Source: a virus
Taxonomy: Duplodnaviria > Caudoviricetes
Virus record (IMG/VR): IMGVR_UViG_3300035663_000078
Span: 1-28,006 of that record
Length of the DNA stretch: 28,006 nt
Reading direction: 5' to 3' (one strand)
The position numbers and the translations under genes were made by a program. The notes beneath the pieces are model-generated. The model was not told where the DNA came from and ran no database searches. It saw only the letters and a list, made by a program, of their open reading frames with translations. Shown one piece after another: positions 10,507 to 19,203 of this stretch (its first letter is position 1; every line of letters begins with the position of its first letter).

Positions 10507-10509
10507 ATA
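10502..10509 (+). promoter_or_regulatory. T4-type late promoter-like box GATAAATA
   Basis: One mismatch to T4 late consensus TATAAATA, 30 nt upstream of the first Gly-rich gene; same box recurs before other structural genes. Confidence 0.55.
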
Positions 10510-10539
10510 ATTTTAGATTTTTTCTAAAATTTTATAGTT

Positions 10540-11535
10540 ATGAGATCACAAACTAATCGTGCAATAACGGGTAATGGGTTACCGACTACAAGTAACCTTG
10601 GCCCAGGTATTAACACCATTCAAGATATGCAGCAGTCACAAACTGCTGTCGCCCCAGGCCCCTCAGGTCCTAATAAAACACCTTCGTTTGATTACTTAGT
10701 TGTTGGGGGTGGTGGCGCAGGTTCTCCAGGAGTTTCCACAGGACCAGGTACAGGTTACTTTTCTAGAGGTGGTGGTGGTGCAGGTGGATATAATAGTGGT
10801 AATGTTACAACTTATTTAGATGGTCTTACATTAAATGTAACAGTTGGAGGTGGTGCACCTGCTTTTCCTGCTTCAGGTGTATCAAGTTCTATAACCTGCC
10901 CTGCTTTAGGTGGAAGTATCATTGGATATGGTGGTGGTTCAGGTAATAGTACAGGTAATAGACCAACAGGAACAGTAGCAGGTATACAGTCAACTAACGC
11001 AGGAAGCGGTGCGGGTGGTGACCCAATGGCAGGTTGGGGTAGAGGACTCCCAGGTCAAGGCACCAATGGTGGCAGATCAGAAAATCAAGCATCTAACCAA
11101 GCAGGAGGTGGTGGTGGCGGTGCAGGTGGAGGAGGTGGCAACGCAACTTATCTTAGTTTAGGTGCATCAGCAGGTGGTGGTGGTGGCGGAGGAGCAACAT
11201 GGCTTAATGGTATCACATATGGTGGCGGTGGTGGTGGTGGATCAAAAGGACCTACCGTAGGTAGATCAGGTGGTGGCGGTGGTGGTGGGGGCGCAGGTGG
11301 CGCACAAACTCCTGGAAATACTGCAGGAATAGCAGGATCTTCAAATACAGGTGGCGGTGGAGGGGGATCTGCAGCACCATCCGCTGGTGTAGGAGCAGGT
11401 GGTAGTGGCATTGTAATTATCCGTTGGCCCGACACATACGATGCAGCAAATGCTACAACAGGATCTCCTACTGTATCTACTTCAGGTGGGTATAGATATT
11501 ATACATTTACAGGAAATGGAAGCTTAACTTTTTAG
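10540..11535 (+). CDS. Glycine-rich (polyglycine-II type) domain protein, 331 aa
   Basis: DYLVVGGGGAG..GGGGAGG start, many G4-G8 runs, C-terminal GGSGIVIIRWP..GYRYYTFTGNGSLTF. Confidence 0.85.
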   Translation: MRSQTNRAITGNGLPTTSNLGPGINTIQDMQQSQTAVAPGPSGPNKTPSFDYLVVGGGGAGSPGVSTGPGTGYFSRGGGGAGGYNSGNVTTYLDGLTLNVTVGGGAPAFPASGVSSSITCPALGGSIIGYGGGSGNSTGNRPTGTVAGIQSTNAGSGAGGDPMAGWGRGLPGQGTNGGRSENQASNQAGGGGGGAGGGGGNATYLSLGASAGGGGGGGATWLNGITYGGGGGGGSKGPTVGRSGGGGGGGGAGGAQTPGNTAGIAGSSNTGGGGGGSAAPSAGVGAGGSGIVIIRWPDTYDAANATTGSPTVSTSGGYRYYTFTGNGSLTF

Positions 11536-11545
11536 GTTATAAAAT

Positions 11546-12730
11546 ATGAAAGAAAGACCAAATAAAAATATTATTGGAAATTCTTTTCCAATGACTTCAA
11601 ATGTACAAGGAATTACATCGTTGCAGTCATGGCAACAATATAAAACCACACCTGCTTCACCAAGTCCATCACCCGCCCCAAGCCCAGGTCCCGCTCCAAA
11701 TCCCGCCCCTGGCAAAACAAACAGCATCACTTATCTTGCAGTTGCAGGTGGAGGGGCAGGGGGTCCTGGGGGGCCTAACTTACCTATTAACTCAGGTTAT
11801 GGTGGTGGAGGTGGCGGAGGGTTTTTATCAGGAACATTGTCACAAAATTTTCAAGCAGGTACTGTTTTTACAGTTACTGTAGGGGGTGGTGGCAGTGCAG
11901 GTGCTACGGGTGGACAAGGACAAGAAGGCACAAATGGTGGCGATTCTATTATAGAATGTCCCGTTATGTTGGCAAGTATTAGAGCGTATGGTGGAGCACC
12001 TTCAAGCTCGCAAGTTGCGAGTACTCCACAGCAGCCTGGGGTGCAGACTAGAATGGGTGGAAGTGGGGGTGGCGGTGGAGGATGGTACTCCCAACAACGC
12101 CAATTCCAAGGTGGTCCTGCAGTAGAAGGTCAAGGTAACGCAGGTGGTAACAACGCTCCTACAGGAGGTATTAACCAAGGTGGCGCAGGAGGCGGGGGTG
12201 CAGGTGGTGCAGGTGGTAATGCAGCAGCATGGACTGCAGGCGGAGGTGGTTCAGGCGCACTATGGCCTGTTACAGGTGCGTATTATTCAGGCGGTGGCGG
12301 TGGCGGATCACGTGGAAACACACCCGCTCTTACTGCAAGATTAGGTGGTATGGCAGCAGGAGGTATTGGGGGTGGTGGTGCAGGTGGGTATGGACCAAAT
12401 GGTACTTATGTCGCCCCAGGCCTGACTCCCGCAGTTAGAGCAAATTTCCCAAACAATGCCTTATGCGCAGGGCAAAATGGTGGTACAAATCAGGGTGGTG
12501 GAGGAGGTGGAGCAGGTAGAAATGGTTTTGGTTCACCCGCACCCGCACAATTTACAGGCGACACATTCCCTGCTCGATCAGGTGGCGCAGGAGGTTCAGG
12601 CATTGTAATTGTGCAGTGGTCAACATCATTCCCTGCAGCAGCATCTACAACAGGATCTCCTACGTATAACGGTGGTGCAGGTGGCGTTCATAGGTATACA
12701 TTTACAGGAAATGGTTCATTTACATTATAA
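11546..12730 (+). CDS. Glycine-rich (polyglycine-II type) domain protein, 394 aa, paralog of upstream gene with Pro-rich linker
   Basis: TYLAVAGGGAGG, poly-Gly runs, C-terminal GGSGIVIVQW..HRYTFTGNGSFTL; N-terminal SPSPSPAPSPGPAPNPAPG. Confidence 0.85.
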   Translation: MKERPNKNIIGNSFPMTSNVQGITSLQSWQQYKTTPASPSPSPAPSPGPAPNPAPGKTNSITYLAVAGGGAGGPGGPNLPINSGYGGGGGGGFLSGTLSQNFQAGTVFTVTVGGGGSAGATGGQGQEGTNGGDSIIECPVMLASIRAYGGAPSSSQVASTPQQPGVQTRMGGSGGGGGGWYSQQRQFQGGPAVEGQGNAGGNNAPTGGINQGGAGGGGAGGAGGNAAAWTAGGGGSGALWPVTGAYYSGGGGGGSRGNTPALTARLGGMAAGGIGGGGAGGYGPNGTYVAPGLTPAVRANFPNNALCAGQNGGTNQGGGGGGAGRNGFGSPAPAQFTGDTFPARSGGAGGSGIVIVQWSTSFPAAASTTGSPTYNGGAGGVHRYTFTGNGSFTL

Positions 12731-12746
12731 AGGAGATTAAAAATTT

Positions 12747-13208
12747 ATGGCTCATTTCGCAAAATTAGATGAAAATAATAAAGTTATAGAAGTTAACGTT
12801 GTAAACAATGCAGTTTTACTTGACGAAAATGGTATTGAGAAAGAAGAATTAGGTATTCAATTTTTAGTTGAATGGTCAGGTGGTCATACTAATTGGAAAC
12901 AAACATCATACAATGGTTCTTTTAGAACACGATACGCAGGTGTTGGATATACATATGATCCTGTTAGAGATGCATTTTTACGAGTAAAACCTCATCATTC
13001 ATTTATTTTAGACGAGAATACCTTGGATTGGATTCCTCCAATTCCAAGACCTATTTACGATCCTGAACAATATCATTATGATTATTATGATATTGATAAA
13101 GAAGAATGGGTTTTAGTACCTAATCCTCCACAACCTGATGATGAACAATACGCTAATTATTTTGACGAATTAAAAAGGGAATGGATAAGAATTCCACGAG
13201 ATAGTTAG
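12747..13208 (+). CDS. Phage hypothetical protein (MAHFAKLDENN type), possibly fibre accessory
   Basis: AAGGAG SD; motifs WKQTSYN..FR..YAGVGYTYD..RDAF..WIPPIPRP. Confidence 0.8.
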   Translation: MAHFAKLDENNKVIEVNVVNNAVLLDENGIEKEELGIQFLVEWSGGHTNWKQTSYNGSFRTRYAGVGYTYDPVRDAFLRVKPHHSFILDENTLDWIPPIPRPIYDPEQYHYDYYDIDKEEWVLVPNPPQPDDEQYANYFDELKREWIRIPRDS

Positions 13209-13250
13209 TAATTTTTTTACTACACATAATATCATGTAAATATGATTATT

Positions 13251-13931
13251 ATGAAAAAAACCCCTAAACTTATGGATGAAGTAAAATATGTAAAAGGTGA
13301 CATGAATGAAAATGCAATGATTCATGATCCATATTTTAATGCACAAATGTCTGAAAATATCATCGATTACATACGAATATACTCAAATGTAATCGATGAA
13401 AAAAGTTGCAAAAAGTTTTGTAAAAAACTAGATAAATCAAAGCTATGGACTACACATGCATATTACGATACAGTTAAGAAAGAAAACGTAGTATATGAAG
13501 ATGAGTTAGAATGTATTTTTGATTATGGACTAGAACAAGAATTAGTCGATTTTAGTAAAGATTTAACAGATAAATTATGGCATGTTCTAAACTGCTATAT
13601 AAACACCGATATTAAACTACCATGGTTTAATAGTTGGCAAGGTTATAGTCCTATTAGATATAATAGATATAATATTAAAAGTAAAATGAGATTACATTGT
13701 GATCATATTACGACTATTTTTGATGGTGAACGAAAAGGTATTCCAACTTTAACTATTTTGGGTAGTTTAAACAATGACTACGAAGGTGGTGAATTAGTAT
13801 TAATGAATAATCGTATTTGTGAACTTAAAGCAGGATCTGTGGTAATTTTTCCAAGTATATTCTTATTTCCACATTTGGTTAGACCTGTAACTAAAGGAAG
13901 AAGATATTCTTTTGTTTCGTGGGTATGGTAA
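13251..13931 (+). CDS. 2OG-Fe(II) oxygenase, prolyl-4-hydroxylase-like family
   Basis: HxD (LHCD), DYEGGEL, distal His in FPHLVRPV, RYS 2OG-binding motif; start uncertain (13242/13251/13272). Confidence 0.85.
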   Translation: MKKTPKLMDEVKYVKGDMNENAMIHDPYFNAQMSENIIDYIRIYSNVIDEKSCKKFCKKLDKSKLWTTHAYYDTVKKENVVYEDELECIFDYGLEQELVDFSKDLTDKLWHVLNCYINTDIKLPWFNSWQGYSPIRYNRYNIKSKMRLHCDHITTIFDGERKGIPTLTILGSLNNDYEGGELVLMNNRICELKAGSVVIFPSIFLFPHLVRPVTKGRRYSFVSWVW

Positions 13932-14536
13932 TGGATATTATACAATTATTTCCTAAATGTGTTGGTAAGTTTGAACTTGATCGTGAATTAACAAAAAAAG
14001 AAAAAAAAGTATTAATAAATGCTTCACAACGACCAAATGAAGGTAATACTTCAAGCTTAGACAATTATATATTAGAAAACAAAGAATTAAAGAAGCTTAA
14101 ATCTTTTATTCAAGAATCTATAGATCAATATTTTATAACAACTTTTTGCCCTAAAAAAGATACAGTTTCTTTAAGAATAACTCAATCATGGACTAATAAT
14201 TCTAAACACACACAATATCATCATAAACATCAACATCCCAATTCGTTATTAAGCGGTGTGTTTTATATACAATCATCCGAAAACGACAAAATTACTTTTC
14301 ATGATGAACCTTACGAACAACTTCGTATACCTCCTGCAACATTTAATGTTTATAATAGTCCTTCTTGGTGGTTACCTGCAACACAAGGATTATTATATAT
14401 ATTCAAATCAAGCTTGACACACAGTGTTCCAAATGTTGTAGATAACCAAACACGAATTAGCTTAGCTTTTAATACATTTCCTGTTGGTAGTTTGGGCGAT
14501 GATTATGAACTAACAGGGTTGAAGTTAAAGGGCTAA
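13931..14536 (+). CDS. Putative 2OG-Fe(II) oxygenase (TIGR02466-like family)
   Basis: HxH motif HQHPNSLLSGVFY, distal HSV, RISLAFN; TAATG stop/start overlap at 13929-13933. Confidence 0.85.
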   Translation: MDIIQLFPKCVGKFELDRELTKKEKKVLINASQRPNEGNTSSLDNYILENKELKKLKSFIQESIDQYFITTFCPKKDTVSLRITQSWTNNSKHTQYHHKHQHPNSLLSGVFYIQSSENDKITFHDEPYEQLRIPPATFNVYNSPSWWLPATQGLLYIFKSSLTHSVPNVVDNQTRISLAFNTFPVGSLGDDYELTGLKLKG

Positions 14537-14554
14537 TATTAATTTTGCTATTAA

Positions 14555-14562
14555 GATAAATA
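14555..14562 (+). promoter_or_regulatory. T4-type late promoter-like box GATAAATA
   Basis: Intergenic, upstream of the structured leader and 173-aa gene. Confidence 0.65.
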
Positions 14563-14567
14563 CTATT

Positions 14568-14619
14568 GTTCCGTGTGAACTCATAACTACATGGGGTAGT
14601 TATGGCTCCTAGAACGAGC
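14568..14619 (+). promoter_or_regulatory. Candidate structured 5' leader RNA (three adjacent stems)
   Basis: GTTC/GAAC (14568-14580), perfect 9-bp CATAACTAC/GTAGTTATG (14582-14604), GCTC/GAGC (14605-14619), directly before SD AAAGGA. Confidence 0.5.
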
Positions 14620-14633
14620 TAAAGGAAATTATA

Positions 14634-15155
14634 ATGGCAAAGCTAAAAATTCAAAAAACAGGTAATATTGATGTTGGTATTCCTGCTCAAACAGAGGTAG
14701 GAAATATTGGTGTCGTTGGTGGTGCTAATGGCTTAGGTGCAGTCAGTGGTGGTAATACAATTCTTTGTGTTGCTAACATCGAATACTCAACAGGCAATTA
14801 TGCAGCAGGTGATGCATACATTGTACGTCAAAAAGGTAAATCAAAGTTCTTAGTTGCAAACACTGCAGATCCTACACAAACACAAATTTGTATTCTTGTT
14901 AATGAAGCAGACGCAAACGTTGCTAATTTAACATCAGGACAAATGGCAATCCAAGGTATTGATGCTTCAGCAGCAAATGTTGCAATCTTTAGTATTATTA
15001 ACTCACATGCTGAAGGTTTTGCACCTGACTATGTAGACAGTAACAATATTGGTAACATGGCAAATGCAACCGCATATCACGTTTCTTTTGTTGCAGCAAA
15101 TGCAACACCACAAACAGGTTCTAACTTGACAATTATTCAAATTCCAAGTCAGTAA
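14634..15155 (+). CDS. Hypothetical structural protein, 173 aa
   Basis: AAAGGA SD, own late promoter and terminator; AYIVRQKGKSKFLV motif; Asn/Ala-rich. Confidence 0.8.
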   Translation: MAKLKIQKTGNIDVGIPAQTEVGNIGVVGGANGLGAVSGGNTILCVANIEYSTGNYAAGDAYIVRQKGKSKFLVANTADPTQTQICILVNEADANVANLTSGQMAIQGIDASAANVAIFSIINSHAEGFAPDYVDSNNIGNMANATAYHVSFVAANATPQTGSNLTIIQIPSQ

Positions 15156-15171
15156 AAAGATATGCTTTAAT

Positions 15172-15197
15172 AAAACCCACAGCAATGTGGGTTTTTT
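15172..15197. terminator. Bidirectional intrinsic terminator
   Basis: AAAACCCACA-GCAA-TGTGGGTTTTTT: stem with GNRA loop and A/T tracts on both sides, between convergent genes. Confidence 0.85.
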
Positions 15198-15636
15198 ATT
15201 TTATAGCATCATGAATTAATGCTATCTTTTGTTGAATTATATCGTAATTCAATGTATTAAACAAACCACGATGTAATGGTTTTGGATATAATTGACTATC
15301 GCACCAACAATATCCTAAATGTTCATGATTTAACGTTGGAATAAATTCAGATTGTACAAATGAATAAAAAGTATGATACACAAATCGTTTATCATCACTT
15401 GTAAATTGTTCAATGGGAAATAATTTTACTTCACTCGGCCAATAACCAATTTCTTCAATACACTCACGCTCTAACGCAGTACGTAAATTTTCACCACGCT
15501 CCACCTTCCCCCCAGGCAATCCCCAAGTGTTTATTTTCTTATCATTACGTAATAAAAATAAGTGACGATTTGTATTTAAAGCGCAAAATAATATACCAAC
15601 ACTGTTGTTTAACTTGTTTAAATGACGATGTTCCAT
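15196..15636 (-). CDS. Nudix hydrolase
   Basis: Nudix box GGKVERGENLRTALERECIEEIG preceded by WGLP; LNHEH motif; start overlaps the upstream gene end. Confidence 0.9.
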   Translation of the reverse strand: MEHRHLNKLNNSVGILFCALNTNRHLFLLRNDKKINTWGLPGGKVERGENLRTALERECIEEIGYWPSEVKLFPIEQFTSDDKRFVYHTFYSFVQSEFIPTLNHEHLGYCWCDSQLYPKPLHRGLFNTLNYDIIQQKIALIHDAIK

Positions 15637-17240
15637 GAACCTTGATTGTAAAATCCCTCAAAAGATTTTGTCCATCCTGTATCCCTACCATATCGATATT
15701 GAACACTAGTGTACAAATTTACAACCCATTCAGGTCTTGTCGCTGCTTGACTATCAAATGATACTTCCCAATTTGTTCCATTGTATTCGATAATATCATT
15801 TTGGTTAGCCATAATATCACCCCATGCACTTGACATATTATAAGTTGTAGTTAATATTCTAACACCATTGTCAAGATCTACAAGTGTTGGATTATCTACA
15901 GTTATCGTATTTGTCATGGTATCAATTGCTATAATTTTGGTATCTGCACTAAAAATAGCTTGCATACTTGAATTTCTTGCACTTACGATACTATCGATCC
16001 AATTACTTGATGCTGATAAATTCAATCCACTTACTGTTATAACAGTTGAACCTGCAGGTAATATTGATGGCTCCGCACATACTAAAACTTGTGACTGATC
16101 ATTGCCCATACTATTTGTAATTAAATAACGTGTGCCTACAGTAGGGATCGGCAAATTCAACCCAGGCCCCTGCGCCAACGGATCCACCACACGATCAATA
16201 GCTTGTAATGTATTGGCAGGAATTGTGTCAGGGTTAATCGTAAAATTTAACAAACGATCATCGATAGGATCAAATGTAATCGTACCCATGATTTCAGTAT
16301 CCATGTAAGGATTTTCTAGCGTTATCATCGAGATCCCAGGTCGTACCGTTCCATAAACATTTAATACTGCTTTCCAATACAAATTAGTATTTGGGCTAGG
16401 AGGTAATTCTAGAGTATCATTACTAGGATACTGTGGTTGTTTTGCAGGTAATATTTGTAATGTATTACCTAATAATAAAACTTGATAACCATACGGTGTA
16501 ACTTTTTGTCTTGTACCTAGCAATAATTCATCATCTTGCATATCACTTAGTGCGGTACCTTTATAGATACTATTAATTACTTTATAAATGACACCATACT
16601 TTTGTACTTTAATTGGGCTTGAAATCCATATTGGCATGTAAAATTTCCATGTCATAATATCAATAGGATTTGACGTGCCAATTGGAATAGTTCTACTTGT
16701 ATAATTTAAACTTTCTTGGTATACAACACTTAATGAAGTCCAATCTATAAAGTTATCTGTACTTTGTATTTCTAACGATGGATTAAACAATACACCTAAC
16801 TGTTCAAACAGTTGCATTTTTTGATTGTAGTTACTTGTCCAAAAATCAACCGTTACACTTAGACGATATGGTACAGGCATTAATCGTTTTATGTTAAACG
16901 CTTGTCCTTGTGTATTTTCATATTCTTGTGTTTCATTATTATATGTTCGTTGTCGTACAGATAAATTGTCAACAAAGTAAGGATCTTGTGTTCTATTTTG
17001 TTCGTAAGTTAACCCACTGATGTAGTAAGTAATTTGTGGTACAGTAGGTAAATTACTTGGACTGTTGTTATTAATAATGTTGGCAACGTTTCTACTTTGA
17101 TCGCCATACATAATTGGTACACGTTTTAGAATGGGATTACCATTAGGATCAAACCCATCCTCTACATACCAATTACTCAATATCTTAGCAAATTGTATTA
17201 AAAATCTTCTAACTTGCTTATCGTAAAAAAACTCTGCCAA
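15618..17240 (-). CDS. gp15: T4 gp15-like tail terminator/sheath stabiliser with long C-terminal extension (540 aa)
   Basis: FFYDKQVRRFLIQF..RVPIMYG..PVPYRLSVTVDFWT..QLFEQLGVLFNP matches the gp15 pattern; TTG start with AAGGA SD. Confidence 0.75.
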   Translation of the reverse strand: MAEFFYDKQVRRFLIQFAKILSNWYVEDGFDPNGNPILKRVPIMYGDQSRNVANIINNNSPSNLPTVPQITYYISGLTYEQNRTQDPYFVDNLSVRQRTYNNETQEYENTQGQAFNIKRLMPVPYRLSVTVDFWTSNYNQKMQLFEQLGVLFNPSLEIQSTDNFIDWTSLSVVYQESLNYTSRTIPIGTSNPIDIMTWKFYMPIWISSPIKVQKYGVIYKVINSIYKGTALSDMQDDELLLGTRQKVTPYGYQVLLLGNTLQILPAKQPQYPSNDTLELPPSPNTNLYWKAVLNVYGTVRPGISMITLENPYMDTEIMGTITFDPIDDRLLNFTINPDTIPANTLQAIDRVVDPLAQGPGLNLPIPTVGTRYLITNSMGNDQSQVLVCAEPSILPAGSTVITVSGLNLSASSNWIDSIVSARNSSMQAIFSADTKIIAIDTMTNTITVDNPTLVDLDNGVRILTTTYNMSSAWGDIMANQNDIIEYNGTNWEVSFDSQAATRPEWVVNLYTSVQYRYGRDTGWTKSFEGFYNQGSWNIVI

Positions 17241-17251
17241 TTTATTATCCT

Positions 17252-19138
17252 TTACATATCAGGTTGAATTCTTAGTGCATCACTCAGTGATTGGCGACTT
17301 GGTATGAATCCACCATCTGTTGTTTGTACTACTTGATCATTGTTAATGAAACCACTTAACTGTGAACGATCACTTGCTGTAAATCCTGTAGTTGTTCTAA
17401 CATTTTGACTAATCTCTACCCACAATGTTCCATCAAACCTGAACAATTTTTGTGGCAAATAATCAATGCGTAAGAAGTAATCACCTTGTTGTGGTGCAGC
17501 GGGGAATTGAATACCTGCACCTGTTGCTTCACCATTAGGTGCACTACCGTCTCCTGCCATATAACCTGCAATATATCCAAATGATAAGGGTGATACACGT
17601 TTAATAAACGTAAAGCGTGGATCATTATCAGCACGATAGTCTGCATCTTGCGTCACGATGCCAGCAAAGTTTGACGATACAACAATAATTTGCCCATCTG
17701 CCACTTCATTTTGTATAGGTTCACTTAATTCTACTGTTTGACTATCAATAACATTCACCACCCTTGTCCCAGGCAAGAACGGCTGCACCAACGCCCCAGG
17801 TGTATCTATCACTAGTAAGTTTGACAAATCTTGTGTTAAATTTTGTATACGTAAAATGTATGACCCACGAATATTGGTGTTACCCTGTGCTTTTACTTCA
17901 AAGCGTAAATATTCATCTGCATTGATATAAGTATTATCTGCAGTGCCATATGGTCCTGTTACAGGTCCCATTACAGTTGCTGCGATAACTAATGAACCAT
18001 TAACTTGTCCACTGCCTGATGGTAGTTGTTCAGGAGCAATTTCTGCTTTTTCTAATGACAATGAAATAAATTTATCAATAGAGTTAGCTAAACCCTTTGA
18101 TGCTGCAGCCATTGATCTAAATTGGTCTAATGCTCCTGCACTAATAGAAATTACAGGACTTGCGTTAGTGTATAAGTCACTTGAAAAATAAATGATGGTT
18201 CCTCTAGTTGGAACAGGAGAACCATTATTAATAATAACATTAACAGGAGGAGCAGGTTGTCCATCAAGATAGGATGGTGCAACATATAGTTGGTCACGAT
18301 TGTAACCACCTTTAGGTACAAGACGTGCTGCTTCTTCAAGATTTTTATTATTAATTTCAATATTTTTATTGTAGGTAGAAATAATATCTTTTAATTGTTG
18401 CTGTGTACTTAATTCCCAATAAACAAGATCAGGTGGAGGAATACCTGCAGGTACGGGTTGCTTTGGTGTATAAACTTTATCACCATACATGACGGTGTAG
18501 CCTGGTTCGTAGGTTACGGTGTTGTTCCAATCACCCATAAAATTATCCGTATCAATTGGTTGTCGTAATATATCTGCAAATTCTTGACTATCAACAAGTG
18601 GTTCTGCTTTTAGTCTCCACATATGCGGAAACCATGTTTGGCTAAAACCTTCACTAGCAAAATTCCCATCAGTGACTTGATAAAACCTTCTTAATCCTAC
18701 GGGAATGGTTTCATTTAATGGATGATAATCAATCAAGTGAGGTAATTCAAGCACATCACCAACCATTAATTTTCTACCTAGTATGTCAATCATATCATTG
18801 TAATGTACAGTGATAAAAATAGTATCATTACTTAAAAACAATCCAAATTGACTTAAATCGAAATCAATGTTAGACACGTTATAGTGACCACGTAAACGAT
18901 ATATGCTAGAATCGTATTTACGATCACGGTTTTCTAACCACATTAAGTCTTGAATATTAGTAGGATCTAACTGATCATAGACAGGCGTGGTAACGTCATT
19001 GTTGCGTGGATTATTTGATCCAATATACTTATGAATATAAAGATCAGTTGCTCCAACCGTGTACATTTCTTTGATTGTTTTATCAAAGAAGCGGTAATCA
19101 TTTGATTTTTGTGGTCTCCACAGACTTAGTTTTGGCAT
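17252..19138 (-). CDS. Probable gp14-like neck/head-completion protein with insertions (628 aa)
   Basis: DFDLSQFGLFLSNDTIFITVH..GDVLELPH..F..TW resembles the gp14 core; directly upstream of gp15-like gene. Confidence 0.6.
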   Translation of the reverse strand: MPKLSLWRPQKSNDYRFFDKTIKEMYTVGATDLYIHKYIGSNNPRNNDVTTPVYDQLDPTNIQDLMWLENRDRKYDSSIYRLRGHYNVSNIDFDLSQFGLFLSNDTIFITVHYNDMIDILGRKLMVGDVLELPHLIDYHPLNETIPVGLRRFYQVTDGNFASEGFSQTWFPHMWRLKAEPLVDSQEFADILRQPIDTDNFMGDWNNTVTYEPGYTVMYGDKVYTPKQPVPAGIPPPDLVYWELSTQQQLKDIISTYNKNIEINNKNLEEAARLVPKGGYNRDQLYVAPSYLDGQPAPPVNVIINNGSPVPTRGTIIYFSSDLYTNASPVISISAGALDQFRSMAAASKGLANSIDKFISLSLEKAEIAPEQLPSGSGQVNGSLVIAATVMGPVTGPYGTADNTYINADEYLRFEVKAQGNTNIRGSYILRIQNLTQDLSNLLVIDTPGALVQPFLPGTRVVNVIDSQTVELSEPIQNEVADGQIIVVSSNFAGIVTQDADYRADNDPRFTFIKRVSPLSFGYIAGYMAGDGSAPNGEATGAGIQFPAAPQQGDYFLRIDYLPQKLFRFDGTLWVEISQNVRTTTGFTASDRSQLSGFINNDQVVQTTDGGFIPSRQSLSDALRIQPDM

Positions 19139-19146
19139 GATTTATA

Positions 19147-19154
19147 TATTTATC
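19147..19154 (-). promoter_or_regulatory. T4-type late promoter-like box GATAAATA (- strand)
   Basis: + strand TATTTATC; 8 nt upstream of the ATG at 19138. Confidence 0.6.
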
Positions 19155-19162
19155 TGAATGTT

Positions 19163-19192
19163 TTGACTAAATTGTTGTAAATAGAGTACATT
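19163..19192 (+). promoter_or_regulatory. Possible sigma70-like promoter
   Basis: TTGACT-N18-TACATT upstream of the 386-aa gene; AT-rich context lowers specificity. Confidence 0.35.
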
Positions 19193-19203
19193 GGAACCTT
19201 GAT

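Noticed and set aside
11148-11730. Poly-Pro and Gly/Ala minus-strand ORFs
   Set aside because: Reverse complements of poly-Gly and Pro-rich codons of the real genes
2-14536. Eukaryotic giant virus or bacterial autotransporter locus
   Set aside because: Despite Vp260-like and YadA-like motifs, there is no autotransporter beta-barrel anchor, and SD sites, neck, sheath and tube genes and T4-type late promoters indicate a tailed phage
14537-14633. tRNA or terminator in the intergenic region
   Set aside because: No cloverleaf with T-loop consensus and no U tract after the stems
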